IMG/VR virus record: IMGVR_UViG_3300032233_003524
Span: 18,028-82,027 of that record
Strand: one strand, 5' to 3'
DNA: 64,000 nt
Origin: a virus
Lineage: Duplodnaviria > Caudoviricetes
Shown here: positions 56,839 through 64,000 of the stretch, piece by piece
How positions within the stretch are numbered: the stretch's first letter is position 1
How the letters are laid out: each line of letters opens with the position of its first letter
Translations under genes and position numbers: made by a program
The notes under the pieces: model-generated
What the model was told of the DNA's origin: nothing
The model's input: the letters and a program-made list of their open reading frames with translations, nothing else
Database searches by the model: none

Positions 56839-57489
56839 TTATAAATGCCAATTAATAGGCTCTATATTTTTAGATATTAGAAAATCATTAACTTTACTAA
56901 ATGGTCTGCTTCCAAAGAATCCAGAATAAGCACTAAATGGAGAAGGGTGAGGACTTTCTAATATTAAATGATGGCTTTCAGTAATTAAATTCTTTTTTTG
57001 ACGAGCAAAATTGCCCCACAAAATAAATGCAACTGATGTTTTTTTATTATTTAAATGAGAAATAATACTATCTGTGAAATTATGCCACCCAATTTTTTGA
57101 TGACTGCCAGGCTGGTTTTCTCTGACAGTTAAAGCTGAGTTAAGCAATAAAACTCCTTGTTTAGCCCAGTCTATAAGACAGCCATGACTAGGCGTATCAA
57201 TGTTTAAATCTGATTTTAATTCTTTAAATATATTTTTTAAAGATGGTGGTGTTTTAACTTTTGGCAATACTGAAAAAGATAATCCATGAGCTTCTCCTGG
57301 ATTATGATAAGGGTCCATCCCCAATATTAAAACTTTAGTTTTATTGAATCGACATATTTTAAAAGCATTAAATATATCTTCTCTTTTAGGATAAATTATA
57401 TATTTAGATTGCTCTTCTTTTATTTGTTTAACCATATCTATATAGTATGGTTTTTTCTGCTCTTCTTTTATAATTTCTTCCCAATTCAT
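56839..57489 (-). CDS. ung: Uracil-DNA glycosylase family 1
   Basis: LGMDPYH, AHGLSFS, PPSLKNI, QGVLLLN, HPSPFS, FFGSRPF. Confidence 0.95.
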   Translation of the reverse strand: MNWEEIIKEEQKKPYYIDMVKQIKEEQSKYIIYPKREDIFNAFKICRFNKTKVLILGMDPYHNPGEAHGLSFSVLPKVKTPPSLKNIFKELKSDLNIDTPSHGCLIDWAKQGVLLLNSALTVRENQPGSHQKIGWHNFTDSIISHLNNKKTSVAFILWGNFARQKKNLITESHHLILESPHPSPFSAYSGFFGSRPFSKVNDFLISKNIEPINWHL

Positions 57490-57492
57490 ATT

Positions 57493-58422
57493 TCAACTTA
57501 ATTTTAAATTAAATTCTTTTAATGCTTTAAATAAAGCTATATTCTTCATTTTAAACTCTAAATCAATATCAATTTTATCTTCGTTGTTAGCTTGTAGCTG
57601 AATATCCGGTATATAATGTATATAATCGCTATGCTTACGACGCTCTGTGAAAGATCCATTAATTAATGTAGGATCAGTGTTAGATAAATGTGTTAAAGGT
57701 CTGTATGAGCCCCAAGTAGACATAGACAAAGATAATGCTTCATTTATAGTCAATTCACAGTCATTAAAAGTATGATGATGAGAATCGAATACAATTGGAG
57801 TTCCAGTTTCTTCATAGACTTTATATAAATCTTTTACATTGAAAGACCGTTCATCATTTTCTAGAGTTAGCCTTCCTTTTACTGTTTCTGACAGCTTTTT
57901 AATACTATTATTTAGTATATCAAAATTGCCTTTAGTGCCTCCATGAATATTAATAGCATAATAAGGGGTTACTGGCAAATCCATTTGATCAAAAATCCAA
58001 GCATGATGATCTAACATCCTAAAAGATTTTTCAATAACATCTGGCTTATTAGATGAAATAACAACAAACTGATCTGGATGACATGTAAGCCTCATTTGAT
58101 TAGATAAAGCATATTTTCCAACTTCTTTTAAGATAGATTTTACATTATCATTATTTTGCAATTCTTTTGTTAGAGAATCATAAAGGGGGAATAAATTAGA
58201 AGATACTCTAAAAGATTTAATGTTTTCTTTATTGCATCTTTGTACTATAGATAATAGCTCTTTTGCATTATGCTCCCAAACCGCTTCTATTTGACTAAGA
58301 GTATATTTTCCTTTTAAAAATTGATTATATTGTAAACCTTTTTCGTCTACAATATTTATATAATCGCCTTTACCATTACGATTAACTTTATATTCGATAT
58401 ATTGGCAGCAAAGACCTAACAT
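57493..58422 (-). CDS. uvsE: UV-damage endonuclease
   Basis: FRVSSNLFP, MRLTCHP.QF, HGG, LTLENDE, VFDSHHH, HSD, EFKMK. Confidence 0.92.
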   Translation of the reverse strand: MLGLCCQYIEYKVNRNGKGDYINIVDEKGLQYNQFLKGKYTLSQIEAVWEHNAKELLSIVQRCNKENIKSFRVSSNLFPLYDSLTKELQNNDNVKSILKEVGKYALSNQMRLTCHPDQFVVISSNKPDVIEKSFRMLDHHAWIFDQMDLPVTPYYAINIHGGTKGNFDILNNSIKKLSETVKGRLTLENDERSFNVKDLYKVYEETGTPIVFDSHHHTFNDCELTINEALSLSMSTWGSYRPLTHLSNTDPTLINGSFTERRKHSDYIHYIPDIQLQANNEDKIDIDLEFKMKNIALFKALKEFNLKLS

Positions 58423-58454
58423 ATATGCACCTATTAATTAGTTGATATTAAAAT

Positions 58455-59411
58455 ATGAAATATAATTATTTATATAATAAAGCAAAAGAATTCTACAAGT
58501 TAGCAGGATTATTGCAATATCCTATTAAAATGCATCAAGAAATTTTGGATTGGGCGTCATCAATATATTGTTCTTATATATTAAAAAGTCTTGAAGAATT
58601 AATAAATGAAATGGACCCAGAATCATTAAACTTTAAAAAAGCTATAATATTAAAAACAAGATTAAGTTCTTATATAAAGTATGATGTTGATAATGTTAAA
58701 AGTTTTAAATTAAATCTAGATGATATTAGTTTTTTAGAAAAAGAAGTCGCATTTGTTAAGCAACATGCGCCAAATGTTTTAAACAAATATGTTACTGTAG
58801 TTTTTAATGTTGTAGATTTTACTCCATCAGAAGAGGGTGATTATAATCCTAAATCTCAAGTCATTACAATTAATAAAGAAGAAGAGCCTGGAATTTCTGA
58901 AAGTAATATTCTTGCTGCTATTAAGCACATTTCTCAATTAATACGACATGAACTGCAACATTTAGTTCAATTTTATGCCAGAGAATTAAAAGCAGTTGCT
59001 GATTATAGAGATATCGGAATGCCTTCTATTAAGATTGCCCCTTATCAAGAAGAAGAGGAAGAGGAAAAAATTAAACATCATTTAAGAAATATAGAATTTT
59101 ATACTAATCTTTCTGACACTAAAGATAATTTAGAAGAGATGTTCAGATTATTTCCAAAATCAGTTCATCGATTTATCTTTGATACATGTATAGGCGAAAT
59201 ACAATATGGAGATTTTTATAAAAAAATTATTACTATATTAAAAGAAATTGATCCAAATTTAACTAAAAAAGAATTTGAAAAAAAATATCGTCGATATTTA
59301 GATATTTTAAATGGAGATAGTAAAGGATATTCACTAATGAAAACTCGTCAATCTGAAAAATATAATAAATTAGTTAAAGAGCTATATAAAAGTTTATCAG
59401 AATATTTATAA
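58455..59411 (+). CDS. Hypothetical protein with HExxH motif
   Basis: EGDYNP..LIRHELQHLVQ. Confidence 0.65.
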   Translation: MKYNYLYNKAKEFYKLAGLLQYPIKMHQEILDWASSIYCSYILKSLEELINEMDPESLNFKKAIILKTRLSSYIKYDVDNVKSFKLNLDDISFLEKEVAFVKQHAPNVLNKYVTVVFNVVDFTPSEEGDYNPKSQVITINKEEEPGISESNILAAIKHISQLIRHELQHLVQFYARELKAVADYRDIGMPSIKIAPYQEEEEEEKIKHHLRNIEFYTNLSDTKDNLEEMFRLFPKSVHRFIFDTCIGEIQYGDFYKKIITILKEIDPNLTKKEFEKKYRRYLDILNGDSKGYSLMKTRQSEKYNKLVKELYKSLSEYL

Positions 59412-59424
59412 TATTAACAATTTA

Positions 59425-60114
59425 TTACTTAAAATTAATGCTTGAAGCAATTTTAATTGCTTCTAAGAAATATTTCATTGCATTTGCTTCTAATTCGTCT
59501 TGTTTCTTAAGTATTTCATTTCTCCAATTTCTTCTTCCAAGATCTTGACTTCTATTTTTATATGTTTGCAATCTATCTCTTTCAATTCTTGCAATATTGT
59601 CTCTAGCTTGCATAAGTATACGAGATCTTTCTATTTCTTCAGGTGAAACTTGCTCTCCCTCTCTTGTTTTTTCATAAAGCTTATGACCTTCATGTTTATA
59701 AGCATCTTTGTTGGTATAATATACAATTAATTCAGATTTGATTCCATTAATTTCAAAATTTAAATGAAATGCTTGTTTATATCCACTTTCTTTATCGTTT
59801 TTTTCTTCCATTGATGAAGCATTAAATAATTTAGAAGCACTTTTAGCAACTTCTTCTAAATTAAACATGGTAGGCACTAATAAAGTGGCTCTTACAACAT
59901 CTGGAATTTCAAAAATATTAGCATATGGTTTTCTATCCATTTTGCTTAAAATGGAATTCAAGCTTTTTATACTGGCTTTGTATCCAAATTTATCTGTACC
60001 ATATTTAGATTTTAGTCTTCTTACTAGTTCAGATAACGCCTCTTCAAATGCTGAGAGGTTGTCAGTATAATCATTAATAATTTGCTATTTTTCTCTATTA
60101 GTTCTATTAGCCAT
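59425..60114 (-). pseudogene. RelA/SpoT-like nucleotidyltransferase (small alarmone synthetase-like) with in-frame TAG at codon 10
   Basis: ATG 60114 MANRTNREK*QIINDY...IKSLNSILSKMDRK..PDVVRAT..SGYKQAFH..SELIV..HKLYE; the ORF-track TTG start at 59961 cuts the K.S.SK motif; could be a readthrough CDS rather than a dead gene. Confidence 0.7.
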
Positions 60115-60131
60115 AGCAAAAATATACTATA

Positions 60132-60419
60132 TTATTCATATAGTAATTTGCTAAAAATTAAGCTAAATGAACCTCCAGCTAGAGTCCAAATAATTAAACT
60201 ATATAAATTAAAATTATTCATTTGCAATAAATAAATAATCCAGCCTGCATGACAGCCTACACAAAAGTAACATTCCAATAATTTATAGAAAAAAACTCCA
60301 ACATATTTATTTCGCATTAACATATTTCGCAAATGCAACATAATATCAAACGGTCCATCACTTTCTTTAATTAAGAAAGCAAGTCCAAAAATTGACAATA
60401 AATAAATTAATGTTTCCAT
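60132..60419 (-). CDS. Small membrane protein (DUF1360-like)
   Basis: GPF...R....LL.CYFCVG.HAGW plus hydrophobic segments. Confidence 0.65.
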   Translation of the reverse strand: METLIYLLSIFGLAFLIKESDGPFDIMLHLRNMLMRNKYVGVFFYKLLECYFCVGCHAGWIIYLLQMNNFNLYSLIIWTLAGGSFSLIFSKLLYE

Positions 60420-60420
60420 A

Positions 60421-60630
60421 CTATAAAAAAATCTTTATTTTTAAAAATCTATCTAATATTTTATCTATTTCCGAATCTTCTATATCATAAAGATCTTCAA
60501 GATCTAATGAAAAGATATGTTTAAATTCATTCTTAGATATTTCATAAGAATTGTCCCAGCCATCAGTAATTTTTCTAATAAGAATACAATTCTTGTGTTC
60601 TACAATTTTATATTTGCTAGTATTAATCAT
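60421..60630 (-). CDS. Hypothetical protein
   Basis: 69 aa, coupled to the methylase stop, ends FLKIKIFL. Confidence 0.65.
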   Translation of the reverse strand: MINTSKYKIVEHKNCILIRKITDGWDNSYEISKNEFKHIFSLDLEDLYDIEDSEIDKILDRFLKIKIFL

Positions 60631-61430
60631 GGCAAAATAATTAATTCATTTTTATTTTGCCAACTATTCTTTTTCCCATTAATAGAATATCTTGCAGCTA
60701 AATCTATAATATTTTTGTTAGAATAATGTGCTCTAATAGCAGGACAATCATCATAAGATAATATCCAGTTTTTTCTGCTATCTAGTAGGTTGCGTAATAC
60801 AAAATGTTGCTGTGGCGGCATTTTCTCTCTATATAAAGATTCCCCGGCAATATAATATGGAGGATCGCAGTAAGCCGGAATATTTGTATTAATAAATACA
60901 TCTAGATTATTAAAACTATTATTTGTAACAGCAGTTCTGCCAGACAATAAACTATTACAATTCAATATTTTTTGTCTTATCTTTTTACTATTGTACCTGC
61001 AGTCAACTTTATATTTAGATTTTTGCTCTTTACCGCCTATAGGTCCACTATTTAAAATACCAGAGAAAGTAGTTCTATTAAAAAATACTGCTTTGTACGC
61101 ACAATCCACATCATCAATAGCTTCTTCTTCTCTTAATTTATAAAAAAGCTCTAAGGTTGGATGTATATCAACTAATTCTAATAGTTTATCTAACTTAGAT
61201 TTATCTTGCCCTGCTACAATATTCCAAAAACAATACATCCAATAATCCTTGTCATTGGCATATAGTTGAGCATTAGGATATTTTTTAGCAACTTCTAATA
61301 ATACTGAACCTCCACCAACAAAGACATCAATAAATGATTTTTGCTCTTTTAATAGAGAATCAATATGCTCCATTAAAACAGGCAAATATTTATTTTTTGC
61401 TCCTGGATATCTAAAAACTGTATCAGTCAT
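60627..61430 (-). CDS. dam: Dam-like (D12 class) N6-adenine DNA methyltransferase
   Basis: FRYPGAK, DVFVGGGSV, NRTTFSG, YCDPPY, WILSYDD. Confidence 0.88.
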   Translation of the reverse strand: MTDTVFRYPGAKNKYLPVLMEHIDSLLKEQKSFIDVFVGGGSVLLEVAKKYPNAQLYANDKDYWMYCFWNIVAGQDKSKLDKLLELVDIHPTLELFYKLREEEAIDDVDCAYKAVFFNRTTFSGILNSGPIGGKEQKSKYKVDCRYNSKKIRQKILNCNSLLSGRTAVTNNSFNNLDVFINTNIPAYCDPPYYIAGESLYREKMPPQQHFVLRNLLDSRKNWILSYDDCPAIRAHYSNKNIIDLAARYSINGKKNSWQNKNELIILP

Positions 61431-62022
61431 TTAATTGAAACAGCTCCTCTTGAAACTTTTCAAGATCTTCTAGATAAACCGCCATCTTATTTCCTCTTAG
61501 CTGATGAACTTTCATTTCTTTAAATAACTTATTTTCATGTAGCCATTTTATTTTAACTACAGCTCTAATAGTTCCAAAACGTTTTGGCACATTAAGAGAA
61601 TTAAATGCAACATAATGATTATCATCTATATCTTTAAATACACCAGTATCACAATCATAATTACCACCATTGCCATACTGGAACACCCAAGAGTCGCCAT
61701 AATTAATAGCAGATTCAATATCTTGAGATTTGACTGCCACTCTAATTCCTGAAGGAGATTTTAAATCTGGATCCCAACTCTTTTGAGTCTTATCAAATAT
61801 AGAAATGTCAGGTTCAGATAAATCAGGAAGATTTTCTAGTAGAACACTATGCGCACCATATTCGCCAATCTTTCCATTACGAATATCTTTTTTTATTTTT
61901 TCTATATTAGATTGATTACGCCGAGCATATTTATCAGCACTAGTTAATACAGAGTCTTGAGCGAATTTCTCACACTTCGCATACATTTCATCAGATATAA
62001 TATATTTTTTATTTAAAAGCAT
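61423..62022 (-). CDS. Hypothetical protein, possible PD-(D/E)XK restriction-like nuclease
   Basis: GKIGEYGA, PD, VAVKS; overlaps the methylase start by 8 nt. Confidence 0.5.
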   Translation of the reverse strand: MLLNKKYIISDEMYAKCEKFAQDSVLTSADKYARRNQSNIEKIKKDIRNGKIGEYGAHSVLLENLPDLSEPDISIFDKTQKSWDPDLKSPSGIRVAVKSQDIESAINYGDSWVFQYGNGGNYDCDTGVFKDIDDNHYVAFNSLNVPKRFGTIRAVVKIKWLHENKLFKEMKVHQLRGNKMAVYLEDLEKFQEELFQLND

Positions 62023-62084
62023 TAAAACCTCTGACGAACTATAACATCAGTATAACTTTTATTTTAGTAGCTATAAAAAAAGTA

Positions 62085-63959
62085 TTAGCTAATTAATTTT
62101 AAGAAATCTTCTTCGCTAAGTAATGTAGTGCCTAGCTTTCTTGCTGTAACTGCCTTGCTGCTTGTTGAATTAGGATCTGCAATTACTAATATATTAAGAC
62201 CTTTGCTTACAGAATTCTTTACATCAGCACCAGCATCAGCAGCCATCTTTTCTAACACTGGTCGCTTATTAACCATAGAGCCCGTAAAACAAATAGATTT
62301 ATTACTTAACTTGCCTTCAACTTTTTTCTTAATAGAAACTCCTACTTTAAGTAGGTCAAGAATTAATTGCTGGTTTTCTCGTAAACCTATTCTTAACGAT
62401 GCCGCTTTAACAGGTCCAACACCAGCAACTTTTTCAAAGTCAACTGCATTCTTAGTAAAGAATGTTTTCAAATCAGACCAGCCATGCGCCATTATTAGCT
62501 TAATAGTGCTGGCGCCAATCATTGGAATTGATAATCCGCCTAAAAATGTTTCTAAAGGAAGCTCTTTATTACAATGCAAAATATCATAACATTTTTTAGC
62601 AGACTTTTTGCCCATGCGATCAATACTGGCAAGATCATCTACAGATAGCGTATATAGGTCTGCAATAGTTTTTACTTTACCAGATTGTACTAATCTTTCA
62701 AGCAATGCGTTACCCCATTCTAAAAGATTTAATTCTGACACCCAATTTTCAATTTTGCCCAAAATTTGGGATTGACAATCATTGGTATTAGTGCATACAA
62801 GATTTTCTCCATGCATTTCTACTTTACCAGCACACTCTGGACAATGTGTTGGAGCCTTAGAAACTGTACCAGTGCCTTTAATTACTTCTTCAATCCGTGG
62901 TATTACATCGTTAGCTCTAGCTACTAGTACTGTAGCTCCAATATCAATTCCTAATTCATTAATATAGGCTAAATTATATAAGCTGGCACGGCTTACAGTA
63001 GCGCCGACTAACATAACAGGGTCTACAGTAGCTACTGGCGTCAATCTGCCGCTATTACCGATTTGCCAGTGAATATCTCGCACTATAGATTCACGAGCTT
63101 CATTATCAAATTTAAACGCTCTTGCACCTTTAGGGCGTAGATTTACATCGCCTAATAGCATTTGTTTTGCTAAATCATTAACTCTAACTACTAATCCATC
63201 AATGTCATAGTCCAATTCATTTCGTTTAGTGTCTTGATATTCTCTCCAATGTTCAGTGACCTCTTTAACTGATGAGAATAACCAATAATTAGGTACTGAG
63301 AATCCATTATTCAAACACCATTTAAACTGTTCTACTTCAGTAGATAGGTCAACATCCCCTAATACCTGATATACAAATACATCTAAATATTCTGTTCCTT
63401 GTCCATCTAATCTTTTAGAAGTACCAGAAGCTGCATTACGAGGATTTGCCTTATCAGAAAAGTGTTTAGTGTGTACGCTTTTCTTCATAAATATTTCGCC
63501 ACGAACTGATCCAGTAAATTTACTGGGCAGCCTATGAGGTACACCCTTCATTTTAACGACATTTACGCTAATATCCTCACCGATTTCACCGTTACCTCTA
63601 GTAATGGCTTGTTTAAAATTGCCATTTTCATAAATAAGCTCAATGCTTAGCCCATCGAGCTTTTCTGTAACAAATAATTTATCATTATTAGCTACATCTA
63701 AAGCCCATTTAGATAGCTCTTCGGGTAAGTTAACCTTGTCTAAACTTCCCATAGGAATTTGATGCTTAGCTTTAAGCCATTCAGATGGCACTACAGGGGC
63801 ACCAATAGCAGTTATTGAGGCATTGGCAGGATCTAAACCCCTTAATTCATCAATCCATGCATCAAAAACTTGATCTGAAATAGTTGGAGTATGATTATAG
63901 TAATTATCTCTAGCTTCAATAATTTTAGACTCTAACTCTTGAATACGTTGTTTTGACAT
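62085..63959 (-). CDS. ligA: NAD-dependent DNA ligase
   Basis: TEKLDG, TRGNG..GED, RGE, NPRNAASG, DGLVVR, G.LTPVA, C4 zinc finger, HhH, BRCT. Confidence 0.97.
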   Translation of the reverse strand: MSKQRIQELESKIIEARDNYYNHTPTISDQVFDAWIDELRGLDPANASITAIGAPVVPSEWLKAKHQIPMGSLDKVNLPEELSKWALDVANNDKLFVTEKLDGLSIELIYENGNFKQAITRGNGEIGEDISVNVVKMKGVPHRLPSKFTGSVRGEIFMKKSVHTKHFSDKANPRNAASGTSKRLDGQGTEYLDVFVYQVLGDVDLSTEVEQFKWCLNNGFSVPNYWLFSSVKEVTEHWREYQDTKRNELDYDIDGLVVRVNDLAKQMLLGDVNLRPKGARAFKFDNEARESIVRDIHWQIGNSGRLTPVATVDPVMLVGATVSRASLYNLAYINELGIDIGATVLVARANDVIPRIEEVIKGTGTVSKAPTHCPECAGKVEMHGENLVCTNTNDCQSQILGKIENWVSELNLLEWGNALLERLVQSGKVKTIADLYTLSVDDLASIDRMGKKSAKKCYDILHCNKELPLETFLGGLSIPMIGASTIKLIMAHGWSDLKTFFTKNAVDFEKVAGVGPVKAASLRIGLRENQQLILDLLKVGVSIKKKVEGKLSNKSICFTGSMVNKRPVLEKMAADAGADVKNSVSKGLNILVIADPNSTSSKAVTARKLGTTLLSEEDFLKLIS

Positions 63960-64000
63960 ACAGCCCTTATATAGGTAAGTTCAAAGCAGGTAAAAACAAA

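Noticed and set aside
62128-62967. Plus-strand ORFs inside ligA
   Set aside because: Antisense shadows of a conserved gene, with no motifs.
1-64000. Genome-wide stop-codon reassignment (code 15 or 4)
   Set aside because: Long known genes are intact in code 11; TAG ends genes at 13973 and 60421 and TGA ends many. Only one internal TAG was found.
1-64000. CRISPR array, tRNA genes, reverse transcriptase/DGR/retron, introns or inteins
   Set aside because: No spaced direct repeats, no cloverleaf other than the tmRNA, no RT motifs, and the large genes have normal lengths. This was an eye scan, so a short tRNA could be missed.
1-64000. Reduced bacterial (CPR/endosymbiont) chromosome
   Set aside because: Translation genes lack their operon neighbours, while rIIA, dNMP kinase, a homing endonuclease and many orphans point to a phage. 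No structural genes are in the window, so this rests on gene content.

Overview
A 64 kb segment of a very AT-rich, densely packed dsDNA genome that reads as a jumbo/huge tailed bacteriophage, not a cellular chromosome. Replication and repair genes (dnaE partial, sbcCD, topA, ligA, ung, uvsE, dNMP kinase, rIIA, a free-standing GIY-YIG endonuclease, a GH73 muramidase) are mixed with many small orphans. Host-like translation genes occur singly, outside their bacterial operons (infC without rpmI/rplT, lone rpsU, lone tig). Most genes are on the minus strand. Standard code 11 fits, since TAG is a normal stop at 13973 and 60421. I found no capsid/tail/terminase genes, tRNAs or CRISPR array. Main highlights: (1) a near-complete nascent-protein toolkit (IF-3, bS21, peptide deformylase with SEC-C tail, trigger factor, tmRNA, an active ClpP next to a catalytically dead ClpP, Hsp20, DksA/TraR); (2) a shared C-terminal tag K[LI][KN][TN][LY][LI][LI]F[ST]-stop on several different accessory proteins; (3) a RelA/SpoT-like gene interrupted by one amber codon at codon 10; (4) many apparently leaderless genes behind (extended) -10 boxes; (5) a giant-virus-like sugar synthesis/glycosyltransferase cluster; (6) a one-piece tmRNA with a GGCAGUG T-loop. 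All family calls come from motifs recognised by eye; no database search was run.
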